NCBI GenBank assembly: GCA_041589455.1 | Contig: JBFHVQ010000003.1 | Coordinates: 7,050 to 71,049 of the forward strand | Length of the DNA: 64,000 nt | DNA from: Gammaproteobacteria bacterium | Lineage (GTDB): Bacteria; Pseudomonadota; Gammaproteobacteria; SZUA-229 | Direction of reading: 5' to 3' | Part shown: piece by piece, positions 12,770 to 24,292 of the stretch | How positions within the stretch are numbered: the stretch's first letter is position 1 | How the letters are laid out: each line of letters begins with the position of its first letter | The notes under the pieces: model-generated | Told to the model about the DNA's origin: nothing | The model's input: the letters and a program-made list of their open reading frames with translations, nothing else | The model's database searches: none | Program-made: the position numbers and the translations under genes

Positions 12770-14956
12770 ATGGCCATAAGTCCTGATCAGTCCCCTATCG
12801 ATGTTAAGGATTTATATGGGGATCCTTCCAGGTTTCTAATATCTGATCTTTGCCGTATTGTCGAAGACTATATGAGCGAAGATCAGGTGAAAGAAGTTTA
12901 TCAGGCTTACCTGTTCGGCGCGCAGGCGCATGAAGGGCAGTATCGAAAAACCGGTGAACCCTATATTTATCACCCTATATCTGTGGCAAGAATCCTCGCT
13001 GAAATGCATATGGATTCAAGAAGTATTTGCGCTGCTATCCTGCATGATGTCATTGAAGATACACCTGTTACCAAAGAAGAAGTTAAAGAAAAGTTTGGTG
13101 ATGATGTTGCAGAGCTTGTTGATGGAGTAAGCAAGCTTACCGAATTTAAATTTAAAAACAAAAAAGAACAGCAGGCCATTAATATTCAAAAAGTATTAAT
13201 GGCAATGGCCAAAGATATTCGTGTCATACTGATCAAGCTTGCCGATCGACTGCATAATATGCGTACGCTCGGTGTTATGCGGCCAGATAAAAAACGCCGA
13301 ATAGCAAAGGAAACGCTAGAAATATATGTTCCCCTGGCAAGACGTCTGGGTATCAATACCTTGAGGCTCGAACTTGAGGATCTTGGGTTTCGAGCGATGA
13401 ACCCCATGCGTTATCGTATACTGGAGCATGCAATGCTTCAGGAAGCGGGTCACCGTAAGGAAATCATTCAAAAAATTCATAATGCGTTGACTTCGCGACT
13501 GGCTGATCTGAGCATTGATGCGAAAATAAATGCACGTAAAAAACACCCTTACAGCCTGTATAAAAAAATGCGCAACAAAAATCTCGCCTACCGTAATATC
13601 TTTGATGTTTATGGTATGCGGGTCATCGTTGATTCGGTCGATGAGTGTTATCGTGTGTTAGGTGCGGTGCATAATCTTTTTAAACCGATACCCGGAAAGT
13701 TTAAAGACTATATTGCTATTCCGAAAGAGAATGGTTACCAGTCATTGCATACGATTCTTTTTGGCCCACATGCTATTCCACTAGAGGTTCAGATTAGAAC
13801 CATTGAAATGGATAATTTTGCTGAAACAGGCATAGCCGCTCACTGGCTATACAAAGAAACCAGTGGGGGTGACGCGATTGATGTCGGTAGTAGAACCCGT
13901 GAATGGTTAACCGGGTTATTGGAAATGCAGCAGTCAGCTGGCGACTCAGTTGAGTTTCTGGAGAATGTTAAGGTTGATCTGTTTCCAGATGAGCTTTATG
14001 TATACACGCCGCTTGGTGATATTGTTAAGTTACCAAAGAATTCAACACCAATTGATTTTGCGTATTCAGTACACACAGATGTTGGTCATACCTGTGTTGC
14101 CTGTAAGGTAGATCATCGCTTTTCGCCACTGGATACACCGCTTTATAGTGGGCAAACTGTAGAAGTGGTTACATCTGCTGGCGCGCATCCAAACCCCGGC
14201 TGGCTTGAGTTTGTAGTAACGGCAAAAGCCAGAAGTAATATTCGTAATTACCTGAAGAGTACACGAACAGAAGAAGCGGTAGTTCAGGGCCGTCGAATGC
14301 TGTCACGTGTATTGCTGGATAAAAACATTACCCTCGAAGAAGTGTTGCCAGAAGTTTATGAGCCACTATTGAAAGAGTATGGTTTTGCATCACTTAATCA
14401 ACTGCTGGAAGATATCGGTATGGGGAATCGTCCAGCGAGTCTGGTAATGCGCCGTTTATTCCCGATTGATGAGAGTGAAAGTGATGATTCAAAATCAGAA
14501 TTGTCATCGGGCAAACCCGCATTAGCTATTCAGGGTACGGAAGGTATGGTGGTTTCGTACGCAAAATGTTGCCATCCAATTCCTGGTGACCAGATTGTTG
14601 GCAAGCTAAGTAAGGGGCGAGGTCTGGTTATTCATCAGGCAAGCTGCAAAAATATTGCCAATGAACGTCTGCAAAATGACAGTATGGTAGATGTTAAATG
14701 GGCCGAAGATCCGATAGGTGAATATACCTGTCAGTTAGGTTTATATGTGCAAAATGAAAGAGGTGTGCTGGCTAGATTGGCAACAATAATTTCAGATGAA
14801 GCAGCTAATATTGAGCATGTCGAAGTTGCAGATAAAGATGGTCTTTCTACAAATATCACCTTTATAATTGCTGTTAAAGGGCGTGATCATCTTGCGCAAA
14901 TTATGCGTCGTCTAAGGCGTGTGCGCTCTGTGATGCGTATATATAGAATTCAATAA
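12770..14956 (+). CDS. spoT: Bifunctional (p)ppGpp synthetase/hydrolase
   Basis: HD hydrolase motif (YHPISVA...LHDVIEDT), followed by RelA/SpoT synthetase, TGS and C-terminal ACT-like regions. It lies immediately after rpoZ. The start may be 12755 (TTG) or 12770 (ATG). Confidence 0.9.
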   Translation: MAISPDQSPIDVKDLYGDPSRFLISDLCRIVEDYMSEDQVKEVYQAYLFGAQAHEGQYRKTGEPYIYHPISVARILAEMHMDSRSICAAILHDVIEDTPVTKEEVKEKFGDDVAELVDGVSKLTEFKFKNKKEQQAINIQKVLMAMAKDIRVILIKLADRLHNMRTLGVMRPDKKRRIAKETLEIYVPLARRLGINTLRLELEDLGFRAMNPMRYRILEHAMLQEAGHRKEIIQKIHNALTSRLADLSIDAKINARKKHPYSLYKKMRNKNLAYRNIFDVYGMRVIVDSVDECYRVLGAVHNLFKPIPGKFKDYIAIPKENGYQSLHTILFGPHAIPLEVQIRTIEMDNFAETGIAAHWLYKETSGGDAIDVGSRTREWLTGLLEMQQSAGDSVEFLENVKVDLFPDELYVYTPLGDIVKLPKNSTPIDFAYSVHTDVGHTCVACKVDHRFSPLDTPLYSGQTVEVVTSAGAHPNPGWLEFVVTAKARSNIRNYLKSTRTEEAVVQGRRMLSRVLLDKNITLEEVLPEVYEPLLKEYGFASLNQLLEDIGMGNRPASLVMRRLFPIDESESDDSKSELSSGKPALAIQGTEGMVVSYAKCCHPIPGDQIVGKLSKGRGLVIHQASCKNIANERLQNDSMVDVKWAEDPIGEYTCQLGLYVQNERGVLARLATIISDEAANIEHVEVADKDGLSTNITFIIAVKGRDHLAQIMRRLRRVRSVMRIYRIQ

Positions 14957-14976
14957 ATCCAGGCTTGAACATTCAT

Positions 14977-15357
14977 ATGAAGAAAGAAATAATCTCAACA
15001 GAGAAGGCACCTAAAGCCATTGGCACCTATTCACAGGCAGTTAAAGTTAATAACACTGTTTATTTGTCTGGGCAGATCCCGCTGGTTCCAGAAACTATGG
15101 AAATGATTGATGGTTCAGTAGAAGAGCAAATTCATCAGGTTTTTAAAAATCTGCAGGCAGTTATAGACGCGGCAGGTGGTGGCTTTGAAAATATAGTGAA
15201 ATTAAATATATTTCTGACTGATCTGAGTAATTTTGCAACGGTTAATCAGGTAATGTCTCAGTATTTTGAAGAGCCATATCCAGCAAGAGCGGCGATTGGA
15301 GTAAAAGAATTACCCAAGGGAGCGGCTGTTGAAATGGATGGAGTATTGGAGCTTTAA
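14977..15357 (+). CDS. ridA: RidA/YjgF-family enamine/imine deaminase
   Basis: [35 protein letters not shown]...[20 protein letters not shown] use the ATG at 14977 instead of the track start at 14965. Confidence 0.88.
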   Translation: MKKEIISTEKAPKAIGTYSQAVKVNNTVYLSGQIPLVPETMEMIDGSVEEQIHQVFKNLQAVIDAAGGGFENIVKLNIFLTDLSNFATVNQVMSQYFEEPYPARAAIGVKELPKGAAVEMDGVLEL

Positions 15358-15378
15358 TCCAGTACCGGGCTCTCAGGG

Positions 15379-17487
15379 GTGGCTAAACAGTTAATTCATT
15401 CTGATAGTTTATCCTGCTTGAAAGGTGTTGGCCCGAAACTGGTCGATCGCCTTTCGCGTCTTGGTTTATATACAATCCAGGATGTTCTTTTTCATCTTCC
15501 CTATCGTTATGAAGACCGAACACGAATTGTTCCCTTAGGGGCATTACGACATGGACAGTCATCATTGGTTGAAGGGGAGATTGATCACGCTGAAGTTGCG
15601 TTTACCCGGAAAGGAAAACGACGACGCATGCTGCTAGTGCATCTTTCTGATGGTACGGGCAGTTTGCTACTGCGCTTTTTCTATTTTAATAAGAGTCAGC
15701 AGTCAATGCTTGTTCCAGGCGTGCGCTTACGTTGTTTTGGTGATGTGCGGTTTGGGGCGGCGAGCCTTGAAATTGTGCACCCGGAATATAATATTATTAA
15801 TAGGTCGGAGAGTGGTCATGGTTTTGAAAAAAAACTAACACCCATTTATCCTTTGACTGATGGTGTTAGTCAGTTGTTATTAAGGAAGTTATCAGAACAA
15901 TGTCTAGACCTGTTAAAAACAGATCGTGTTCTGACGGATTATTTGCAGGGTCATCATTTAGAAAATCCCTTTGGCATATCAGATGCTATAAGTTATGTGC
16001 ACCGGCCTCCCGTTAATGCCGATTTAAATCAGTTGTTTGAAACCAAGCATATAGCGCAAATTAGGCTTATAAAAGAAGAATTACTTGCCCAGCACTTAAG
16101 TTTGCAGATGATACGAAATAAAACCCGTAAACATCAAGCTGCCGTTCTTGAAAGTTCAAATCATCTGGTATATCAATTTATAAAATCCCTTCCATTTGAT
16201 TTAACTACAGCGCAGCAAAAAGTTAGTCAGTCAGTAATGCAGGACCTTGAGTCAGGTGTTCCGATGATGAGGTTGGTTCAGGGAGATGTCGGCTCAGGAA
16301 AAACTGTCGTGGCGGCGATGGCCTGTTTAAAGGCTATAGAATGTGAAAAGCAGGCGGCGCTTATGGCGCCAACCGAGATATTAGCGGAACAGCATTATGC
16401 CAATTTCAAAAAATGGTTTGAACCATTAGGTATCAAGGTTGGCTGGTTATCAGGTCAATTAAAAGGTAAAAAAAGACAGCAGGTGCTATCGCAGATCGAG
16501 AGTGGTGAAATACAGGTTGTAATAGGAACCCATGCGCTGTTTCAGGATGAAGTGATATATCATAATCTGGTGTTGAGCATTACAGATGAGCAGCACCGAT
16601 TTGGAGTACAGCAACGCATGTCACTAGCTGCAAAATCTCGAAACTCTGAGACAGAAAAGCAGTTATCACATCAGTTGATAATGACAGCGACTCCCATTCC
16701 TAGAAGTTTGGCGATGACAGCCTATGCTGATCTTGATTATTCAGTAATTGACGAGTTGCCACCTGGCAGAAAGCCGGTAACAACGGTGGTTATTCCGCAA
16801 GAGCGACGACAGGAAGTTTTGTCGCGTATTGATAGTGCCTGTGCAGATGGCAAACAGGTCTACTGGGTGTGCACACTGGTTGAGGAGTCTGAGTCCTTAC
16901 AATGTCAGGCCGCTGAAGAGACGGCAACTGTTCTGGCGAATAGTTTACCTCATGTAAATGTAGGGCTCGTGCATGGCCGAATGAAAGCGCATGATAAAGA
17001 TCAGGTGATGCAGCAATTTAAGCAGGGTGAGCTACAGTTATTAGTTGCTACGACGGTAATTGAAGTTGGGGTTGATGTGCCCAATGCCAGCCTGATGGTT
17101 ATAGAAAATGCAGAACGACTGGGTTTATCTCAGCTACATCAGCTTAGAGGGCGTGTAGGGCGAGGAGATGAAGCAAGTCATTGCGTATTGATGTTTAAAA
17201 GCCCGTTAAGTGGCCTGGCTAAAGAACGCCTGGGAATAATGCGTAAAACCAATTGTGGTTTTGAAATTGCCAGAAAAGACTTGCAACTAAGGGGGCCTGG
17301 AGAGGTGCTGGGGACCAGGCAAACAGGTTTGATGCGTTTAAAAATTGCGGATATTGTGCGAGATGAATATTTACTCGATGAGGTCAAAGAATTGGCGCAG
17401 AGAATAATGGAGCAGTCTCCAGAAAATATCCAGCCATTGCTGGATCGCTGGATAGGGCGTTCTCAAGAATATCTTAATGTGGGATAG
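15379..17487 (+). CDS. recG: ATP-dependent DNA helicase RecG
   Basis: 702-aa ORF with an N-terminal wedge/OB region and helicase motifs GDVGSGKT, DEQHRFG and QLRGRVGRG. spoT-recG neighbourhood. Confidence 0.93.
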   Translation: MAKQLIHSDSLSCLKGVGPKLVDRLSRLGLYTIQDVLFHLPYRYEDRTRIVPLGALRHGQSSLVEGEIDHAEVAFTRKGKRRRMLLVHLSDGTGSLLLRFFYFNKSQQSMLVPGVRLRCFGDVRFGAASLEIVHPEYNIINRSESGHGFEKKLTPIYPLTDGVSQLLLRKLSEQCLDLLKTDRVLTDYLQGHHLENPFGISDAISYVHRPPVNADLNQLFETKHIAQIRLIKEELLAQHLSLQMIRNKTRKHQAAVLESSNHLVYQFIKSLPFDLTTAQQKVSQSVMQDLESGVPMMRLVQGDVGSGKTVVAAMACLKAIECEKQAALMAPTEILAEQHYANFKKWFEPLGIKVGWLSGQLKGKKRQQVLSQIESGEIQVVIGTHALFQDEVIYHNLVLSITDEQHRFGVQQRMSLAAKSRNSETEKQLSHQLIMTATPIPRSLAMTAYADLDYSVIDELPPGRKPVTTVVIPQERRQEVLSRIDSACADGKQVYWVCTLVEESESLQCQAAEETATVLANSLPHVNVGLVHGRMKAHDKDQVMQQFKQGELQLLVATTVIEVGVDVPNASLMVIENAERLGLSQLHQLRGRVGRGDEASHCVLMFKSPLSGLAKERLGIMRKTNCGFEIARKDLQLRGPGEVLGTRQTGLMRLKIADIVRDEYLLDEVKELAQRIMEQSPENIQPLLDRWIGRSQEYLNVG

Positions 17488-17615
17488 CTGCAGGAATAAC
17501 TAAGAAAAAACAGTCAATTAAGTCTAATATTAAGCATTAGGTGGTAATAGAGAAGTACTTTTAAATCGCAGTTACACAGATAAAAATAATTTAGGAAAAC
17601 TGATTACAAAAGCTT

Positions 17616-19514
17616 ATGCTGGGACTTATTGATAACAAAGCTAATACTGAGAATAGTGTTCACCATGAACAGATCTGGCGTGAGCAGGTTAAGCGGGTCG
17701 AGCTGAATGCATATTTGTCGAATATTATTAGCCTGGTACTAGCAATAATAACGTCATTTCTGCTTGCAGGAAGTGTCTCTGGAAGTTTGCTGACTGGTTG
17801 GTTGGTGTTTATGCTGGTGGTATCGGCAGCTCGCATGGCGATGACAATGATCAAGAAGCGAAACGCGTCAGTTGAGCTTGAGTATGATCTATTTGGGCCC
17901 TGGTCGATAGTCGCTATTGTGTTGACAGCCGCTGGTTGGGGCGTCAGTGGTTTTCTTTTGTTTCCAGCTGAATATCCAGTGCAACAACTGGTCATTGGCT
18001 TTGTGCTGGCAGGGATAGTGTCAGCTGGTGCTACAGTAATGGCACCAGTGCTTAAGTTGTTTTATACCTATCTCGTGATTGTCGTTACACCGTTAAGCGC
18101 TAAATTATTTCTAATGGGAGGCGAGTTTACGCCATTGGCTTTTATGGTTCTTGGCTATCTGGTAGTGATGCTAATGATCGGCCTGCGGATGCATAAGAAT
18201 ATATTGTCAGCGCTTGAATTACGATTTCATAATGAATCACTGATAAAGTTTATGAGTCAGGCGAGAAATGAATCTGAAGATCTGAATGAAGAGCTGGAAG
18301 CGGGAATTGAACAACGTAAACGTGTAGAGAAAGAATTACAAAAGGCTAAAGAGGCGGCTGAGGCAGCAAGTAAAACTAAGAGCGAATTTCTGGCAAATAT
18401 GAGTCATGAAATTAGAACGCCTATGAATGGAATTCTGGGTACCTTGCAATTGTTGCAGGGGTCAGATATGAGTGAAAGCCAGAAGGAATATGTATCAATT
18501 GCTTATCGTTCTGGAGAGTCATTGTTGTCATTGCTAAACGATATTCTAGATTTTTCAAAGATTGAAGCTGGTAAACTGGAGCTGGAATATATTCCTTTCG
18601 ATGTGAAATCACTGGTTAAAGAGATACTGGTGCTGCTACAACAGAAAGCAGAAGAACGAAAAGTTGAGCTGGTATCTGAGCTAGATGAAAAAATTCCAAC
18701 GCATATATTAGGTGACTCAGTACGAATACGTCAGATATTGGGAAACCTGCTAACCAATGCGATTAAGTTTACAGAAGATGGGAAGGTAACAGTACGAGTC
18801 AGTGTGTTAGAGGAAGATGAAAAGGTTACGCGATTAAAATTTGAAATTATTGATACAGGGATAGGTATTCCGCAGGAGGCGCAAAGAAAGTTATTTAATT
18901 CATTTACCCAGGCTGATGGTTCAACCACACGTAAATATGGTGGTACAGGTCTTGGTCTCGCTATTGTTCGTCAATTAGTGACAATGATGCGCGGGCGGCT
19001 CGGTGTTGAAAGTGAGGCGGGTAAAGGTGCTACTTTCTGGGCTGAAATTGCATTCCAAATTGTTGACGAGGATAAAGTAAATGTTATTCAAGATGAAAAG
19101 GCGCCAGAAGAAATCTTGAGTTTGCAGGGAAAGGCATTGTTGGTTGAAGATAATCCAGTGAACCAGGTTGTAGCCAAAAAAATGCTGGAGAAGGTTGGGT
19201 TGAGTTATGAGGTGGCAAACAATGGCGAGGAAGCGATTAAAAAGCTTACTACAGAGCATGACTTTGATGTTGTGTTAATGGACTGTCAGATGCCGGTTAT
19301 GGATGGTTATGAAGCGACTCAAAAACTGAGAGATTATGAAAACGAGCAGCAGCGACAGCGCATGCCTGTGATAGCAATGACAGCCAATGCAATGGAAGGT
19401 GATAAAGATAAGTGTCTTGCTGCAGGAATGGATGATTATGTAGCAAAGCCGGTAAAACAGCAGTCGCTAAAAGAAACCCTGGCAAAATATTTAGAGGCTG
19501 GCAATACTGATTAG
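17616..19514 (+). CDS. Hybrid sensor histidine kinase/response regulator with a multi-TM integral membrane sensor region (no HPt)
   Basis: 632 aa. There are ~6 predicted TM helices in the first 200 aa, then a coiled coil. HisKA H-box is [17 protein letters not shown]. HATPase_c has DTGIGIP and GGTGLGLAI. The REC domain has [10 protein letters not shown]...[14 protein letters not shown]...KP. Confidence 0.85.
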   Translation: MLGLIDNKANTENSVHHEQIWREQVKRVELNAYLSNIISLVLAIITSFLLAGSVSGSLLTGWLVFMLVVSAARMAMTMIKKRNASVELEYDLFGPWSIVAIVLTAAGWGVSGFLLFPAEYPVQQLVIGFVLAGIVSAGATVMAPVLKLFYTYLVIVVTPLSAKLFLMGGEFTPLAFMVLGYLVVMLMIGLRMHKNILSALELRFHNESLIKFMSQARNESEDLNEELEAGIEQRKRVEKELQKAKEAAEAASKTKSEFLANMSHEIRTPMNGILGTLQLLQGSDMSESQKEYVSIAYRSGESLLSLLNDILDFSKIEAGKLELEYIPFDVKSLVKEILVLLQQKAEERKVELVSELDEKIPTHILGDSVRIRQILGNLLTNAIKFTEDGKVTVRVSVLEEDEKVTRLKFEIIDTGIGIPQEAQRKLFNSFTQADGSTTRKYGGTGLGLAIVRQLVTMMRGRLGVESEAGKGATFWAEIAFQIVDEDKVNVIQDEKAPEEILSLQGKALLVEDNPVNQVVAKKMLEKVGLSYEVANNGEEAIKKLTTEHDFDVVLMDCQMPVMDGYEATQKLRDYENEQQRQRMPVIAMTANAMEGDKDKCLAAGMDDYVAKPVKQQSLKETLAKYLEAGNTD

Positions 19515-19534
19515 CATTTGAAAAGTCAGGCTTT

Positions 19535-20110
19535 TTATCTAAGCTGCTGATGTGTTTCGATATCAAAAATTGGAGTGGCAGATTTTATCTGCCCCGTTTT
19601 TCCAGCCAAATACATATCTACCTCATTCATAAAATATATGCGTGCTTCTAATATGTTTTTTGCAGGTTGTGCACCGGCCGGGTTGGCGCTGGTAGAAACG
19701 ATGGGCCCTTTCAGATAATTGCATATCGACCTGACGACGGGGTGTTGTGTAACACGAATAGCCACTTTATGATGATCACCGCATATCCATCTTGGGGAAA
19801 GTGACGATTTTCGAACCAGCCAGGTAACGGGTGTGGTTTGTTGTAAAATTTTCTCACGTTCATTATTTTCTAACTGGCAGAATGGTTCCAGTTGATTTAG
19901 GCTTGCGGCGATGAGTATCATGCCTTTTTCTATGGGTCTATTTTTGAGTTCCAGAATGCGCATGGTTGCGCTTTCATTAAGCGGGTCGCAACCTAGCCCA
20001 TAAACCGATTCGGTTGGATAGGCTATAACACCAGAATGACTAATGATATGTGAACATAGTCTTAGCTGAAAGTTTGAAGGCTGAGAGTGTTGTGAATTTG
20101 CCATAACCAT
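19535..20110 (-). CDS. tsaC: L-threonylcarbamoyladenylate synthase, type 1 (YrdC/TsaC)
   Basis: 191-aa ORF with IAYPTESVYGLGCDP...STSANPAG, as in the YrdC family. Confidence 0.85.
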   Translation of the reverse strand: MVMANSQHSQPSNFQLRLCSHIISHSGVIAYPTESVYGLGCDPLNESATMRILELKNRPIEKGMILIAASLNQLEPFCQLENNEREKILQQTTPVTWLVRKSSLSPRWICGDHHKVAIRVTQHPVVRSICNYLKGPIVSTSANPAGAQPAKNILEARIYFMNEVDMYLAGKTGQIKSATPIFDIETHQQLR

Positions 20111-20155
20111 GAGTTAAGTAATAGGTGTAAATAGCAGAATATTTAAACTCGATTG

Positions 20156-22612
20156 CTAGTCAGTCTTCTTTTTACTAGCGGCCTTTTTCTTAACGGTTTT
20201 CTTTTTAGCTGCTTTTTTCTTTACCGTTTTCTTCTTCGTTGTTTTTTTCTTTGTGACTTTCTTTTTAGGCGCAGCCTTTTTCTTGGCAGCGGCTTTCTTT
20301 TTCTTTTTGCCTTTGCGTTCTGGTGCTTCGGCAATGAGCTTTTCGCACTCTTCTAATGTGAGGCTTGCAGGCTCGCGGTCCTTGGGTATTTTGGCGTTTT
20401 TATTGCCGTCGGTAATATAGGGGCCGTATCTGCCATTGAGAACCTGGATTTCAGAGTCATCAAACGTTTTAATGTATTTATTGGCTTCAAAGATTTTTTT
20501 CTCGTTGACCAGTACCATCGCCTGTTCAAAGGTAATGTTGTATGGGTCTATTCCCTGGTCCTGAAATTCTTTTCGTATTGAAACAAAGAATTTACCGAAT
20601 TTAACATAGGGCCCAAAACGGCCAACATTTGTTGTGACTTCTTCATCTTCTTCTGTGTAGCCAAGGCTGCGAGGCAAAACAAACAGCTCGTAGACATTAT
20701 CCATGGTAATGTCTGCCATTTTCTGTCCCGGCTTGAGGCTGGCAAAACGAGGCTTTTCTTCGTCATCCTTGTCACCAATCTGAGCAAATGGTCCATATGG
20801 CCCCATGCGGACAGTGATCGGTTTGCCGGATTCTTTATCGACGCCCACTTCACGACTTTGTGCCACATCTGCGCGACTGACGTTCTCATCAATGTCATGA
20901 ACTTTATTAATGAAAGGATCCCAGAAGGTTTTCATTAAAGGGATCCAGTCTTCTTCACCACGGGAGATGGCATCCAGTTCATCTTCCATTTTTGCAGTGA
21001 AATCGTAGTCGACATAGTCGGTGAAATACTGCGTCAGGAATGAGTTAACGATGCGGCCCATATCTGTCGGAGTAAAACGACGGTTTTCAATTTCTACATA
21101 CTCACGATTCTGAAGCGTTGAAATGATACTGGCATAAGTTGATGGGCGACCAATGCCATATTCTTCAAGTGCTTTAACCAGGCTGGCCTCTGTAAATCTT
21201 GGTGGCGGCTCAGTGAAGTGCTGGTCGGTACGAATTTCAAGTAACTTAAGTATTTCGCCCTGTTCAAGAGGTGGCAGGATTTTCTCATCACCATCTTTAT
21301 CGGAGCTGTCATCCTGGTCTTCCATATAAACAGACATAAAGCCTGGATGTTTGATGGTAGAGCCATTTGCACGGAACTGGTTTCCTTCACCACACTGGAG
21401 GTCAACGGCAACTGTATCCATGGTTGCATGAATCATCTGGCATGCAACAGTGCGTTTCCAGATGAGTTCATAGAGCTTGTACTGGTCAGGAGTTAGATGA
21501 CTTTTTATTTCATCGGGTAGGTGCATCGCTGATGTAGGGCGAATGGCTTCGTGTGCTTCCTGTGCATTTTTTGATTTGTTTTTAAATACACGTGCTTCTT
21601 CAGGCAGGTTGTCTTTGCCATAGCGCTGTTCAATTAATTCACGTAATTCAGTAAGTGCGTCTTGGGATAGCATCAATGAGTCGGTACGCATATAGGTGAT
21701 AAGACCGACAGTTTCACCACCGATATCGATACCTTCATAAAGCTGTTGTGCTGTACGCATTGTGCGTTGTGCGGAGAAGCGTAATTTTCTGGATGCTTCC
21801 TGTTGAAGCGTAGAGGTTGTAAACGGTGCCGAAGGATTTCGTTTGCGTTGTTTCTTTTCGATTTTTGCAACAGTTAATTGGCCATTTGCGGAACTATCTA
21901 AATGCTGTTTTGCCTGACTGGCTGAATCAGTATTGTTAATCGTAAACTGTTCAACTTTTTCATTCTTATAGAGGCGAAGCTTACTGGTAATATTTTTGCC
22001 ATTTTTTTCGCTGTCAGCCTCTATGGTCCAGTATTCTTGAGGAATAAAGGCTTCAATTTCTTCTTCGCGGCTGACGATCATGCGCAAGGCAGGGCTTTGT
22101 ACGCGGCCAGCTGAAAGGCCTCTTTGAACTTTTTTCCACAGTAAAGGTGACAGGTTAAAGCCAACCAGGTAATCCAGGGCGCGTCGAGCCTGCTGTGCGT
22201 TTACCATCGACATGGAAAGCTCGCGTGGTGAATCTACCGCTTCTCTTAGAGCACGTTTAGTGATTTCATTAAATGCAATACGGTGAACCTGTTTGTCTTC
22301 GAGTGAGCCGTCCTGTTTCAGCAGGTCGTAAAGGTGCCATGAAATGGCTTCTCCTTCGCGGTCAAGGTCGGTCGCGAGATACAGGGTGTCTGCTTTTTTT
22401 AGTGCTTTTCTGATCGCATCAACATGCTTCTCATTTTTTTCAATGAGTTCATATTTCATGCTGAAATTATCGTCAGGGTCTATCGCGCCAGTTTTAGGGA
22501 TGAGGTCGCGTACGTGTCCGTAAGACGCGAGAACGTTAAAGCCCTTACCAAGATATTTTTTGATTGTTTTGGCTTTGGCGGGTGACTCAACTATTAGCAG
22601 GCTGTTACTCAT
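20156..22612 (-). CDS. topA: DNA topoisomerase I, with a Cys-free C-terminal repeat domain and a poly-Lys tail
   Basis: 818 aa. TOPRIM N-terminus (LLIVESPAKAKTIKKYLG). The catalytic region includes ITYMRTDS. The C-terminal domain has three GxxGPY repeats (GPYGPF, GRFGPY, GRYGPY) and ends in ~50 aa of KKKxxKKK. Confidence 0.93.
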   Translation of the reverse strand: MSNSLLIVESPAKAKTIKKYLGKGFNVLASYGHVRDLIPKTGAIDPDDNFSMKYELIEKNEKHVDAIRKALKKADTLYLATDLDREGEAISWHLYDLLKQDGSLEDKQVHRIAFNEITKRALREAVDSPRELSMSMVNAQQARRALDYLVGFNLSPLLWKKVQRGLSAGRVQSPALRMIVSREEEIEAFIPQEYWTIEADSEKNGKNITSKLRLYKNEKVEQFTINNTDSASQAKQHLDSSANGQLTVAKIEKKQRKRNPSAPFTTSTLQQEASRKLRFSAQRTMRTAQQLYEGIDIGGETVGLITYMRTDSLMLSQDALTELRELIEQRYGKDNLPEEARVFKNKSKNAQEAHEAIRPTSAMHLPDEIKSHLTPDQYKLYELIWKRTVACQMIHATMDTVAVDLQCGEGNQFRANGSTIKHPGFMSVYMEDQDDSSDKDGDEKILPPLEQGEILKLLEIRTDQHFTEPPPRFTEASLVKALEEYGIGRPSTYASIISTLQNREYVEIENRRFTPTDMGRIVNSFLTQYFTDYVDYDFTAKMEDELDAISRGEEDWIPLMKTFWDPFINKVHDIDENVSRADVAQSREVGVDKESGKPITVRMGPYGPFAQIGDKDDEEKPRFASLKPGQKMADITMDNVYELFVLPRSLGYTEEDEEVTTNVGRFGPYVKFGKFFVSIRKEFQDQGIDPYNITFEQAMVLVNEKKIFEANKYIKTFDDSEIQVLNGRYGPYITDGNKNAKIPKDREPASLTLEECEKLIAEAPERKGKKKKKAAAKKKAAPKKKVTKKKTTKKKTVKKKAAKKKTVKKKAASKKKTD

Positions 22613-22650
22613 GGGGGTTTTTATTATGTACTCGTTAGTGTAAGGAGCAA

Positions 22651-23142
22651 TTACTGCATATAGCTCAAATCAGATTCAAATACCAAGTTTTCCATCCAGG
22701 CATATGCATTTTCCTCACCTGGCTGACTATATAATACAATCATAACAATCCATTTAAGCTGTTCTAATTCAAGTTCTACATCGAGTGCAATGACGCGATC
22801 CAGAATAATTTCACGGCTAGTCGCCGAAATTACCTGTTTCTGTTCAAGCTGCATTAGAAAGCTGATGCTTTCATTATCGAGCAGCATTTTTTCAAGCTCG
22901 CTATAAACACGAATAGAGGCGATGTTAGTGAGTTCCGGAAGCTGACCCTCACTATCGAGTTGTTTATGGTGTAACTCGGCAAGTGCTTCTAGCCAGTCAA
23001 AAGCCAACAGGATTTCATGTTGTGGAAAGCCCATGTCCTCAAGGCGATCAAACATGTGTTCATGCTCTGAAAAAATTGGGTATTCCTCTGTGATAATGTT
23101 CTCAAACAGGTACATCAACACATCAACAACGTTTTGTTTCAT
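22651..23142 (-). CDS. smg: Smg protein (DUF494)
   Basis: 163 aa, MKQNVVDVLMYLFENIITEE..., a typical Smg N-terminus. dprA-smg-topA synteny. Confidence 0.85.
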   Translation of the reverse strand: MKQNVVDVLMYLFENIITEEYPIFSEHEHMFDRLEDMGFPQHEILLAFDWLEALAELHHKQLDSEGQLPELTNIASIRVYSELEKMLLDNESISFLMQLEQKQVISATSREIILDRVIALDVELELEQLKWIVMIVLYSQPGEENAYAWMENLVFESDLSYMQ

Positions 23143-23167
23143 ATAAATCTCTTAGTTCGCCTGAGGC

Positions 23168-24292
23168 CTAGCCTGCAGTGCGAGAATATAGCCCATTTTG
23201 TGATACTACCTGCCCCTGAAGCTCTAATATAAGTAGCATGGAGGCGATTTCAGCTGCACCCAGATTACTGCGTTCTACCAGTTCGTCAACACTTATGGGT
23301 TCAAACTCCATGTGTTTTAACAGAAGAAGGTAGGTTGGATCAAGTTCTTCAGAGATATCTGTCTCATTAGATGTGCAGGCTTCAGGGGCGCTAGTATGGC
23401 GAATCGGAGCAGAATTTACCAGTGGTAACAGCTCTTCGAGGATATCTTGTGCACTTTCGACCAGCTTGGCGCCTGACTTTATTAACTGATGGCAGCCTCG
23501 TGATAGGGGATTATGTATAGAACCGGGAATGGCAAATACTTCCTTGCCCTGCTCCATGGCATGCCGACTGGTAATCAATGAGCCGCTTTTTAATGCGGCC
23601 TCTATCACCAGTGTTCCCTGGCTCAGCCCGCTAATAATTCGGTTGCGACGGGGAAACAGGTACTTATGAGGCTCTGTGCCAACGGCGGATTCGCTGATAA
23701 TACAGCCATCACCTGCGATGGCAGCGGCAAGCTGGGTATTGCTCCTGGGATAAATGCTGTGTAGTCCGTTGGCGACCACGGCTATGCTGCCTGCAATACC
23801 CTCCAGGGCGCCTTTGTGACTTGCTGCATCAATGCCGTGCGCCAGTCCTGAGGTGATGGTAATGCCTGAATTAGACAGGTGGCGGGCGAAATCCACTGCC
23901 GTCTGCAAACCTGCTTTAGTGGCATTTCGGCTACCGACCATGGCTAGCTGGGGTTGTTTGAGGTAATCGATGTCACCTATATGGAATAACGCAAAAGGCG
24001 GTTCGCTTAATGCCAGTAGTGGGGCCGGGTACGCCTCATCATCGAAAAACAGAATGCCGTGGTTGGTTTTCGTCAGCCAGGCCATGTCTCTTGAAACTTC
24101 TTCAGTAGGCTGTTGTAGTTTCTCTATTTGGTTCGGCTTGAGGCCCGAACCTTCCAGTAGCGATCCGCGAGCATTAAAGATGGCTTCAGCTGAAGTAAAC
24201 TGCTGGCTGAGAGCGATCATTGTCGATGGTGACAGGCCGCTGCGTATCAGGCGTAGGCGCGATTCGAGCTCGGCCTCTGTTCGAGATTCCAT
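23168..24292 (-). CDS. dprA: DNA-processing protein DprA (Smf)
   Basis: 374 aa with a Rossmann-like DprA core (MVGSRNAT...GLAHGIDAASHKGAL...VVANGL) and a C-terminal winged-helix-like region. Confidence 0.9.
   Translation of the reverse strand: MESRTEAELESRLRLIRSGLSPSTMIALSQQFTSAEAIFNARGSLLEGSGLKPNQIEKLQQPTEEVSRDMAWLTKTNHGILFFDDEAYPAPLLALSEPPFALFHIGDIDYLKQPQLAMVGSRNATKAGLQTAVDFARHLSNSGITITSGLAHGIDAASHKGALEGIAGSIAVVANGLHSIYPRSNTQLAAAIAGDGCIISESAVGTEPHKYLFPRRNRIISGLSQGTLVIEAALKSGSLITSRHAMEQGKEVFAIPGSIHNPLSRGCHQLIKSGAKLVESAQDILEELLPLVNSAPIRHTSAPEACTSNETDISEELDPTYLLLLKHMEFEPISVDELVERSNLGAAEIASMLLILELQGQVVSQNGLYSRTAG

Noticed and set aside
20153-20356. 67-aa plus-strand ORF (Phe/Leu-rich)
   Set aside because: It is the antisense reading of the poly-Lys (AAA/AAG) tail of topA, an artefact of low-complexity sequence.
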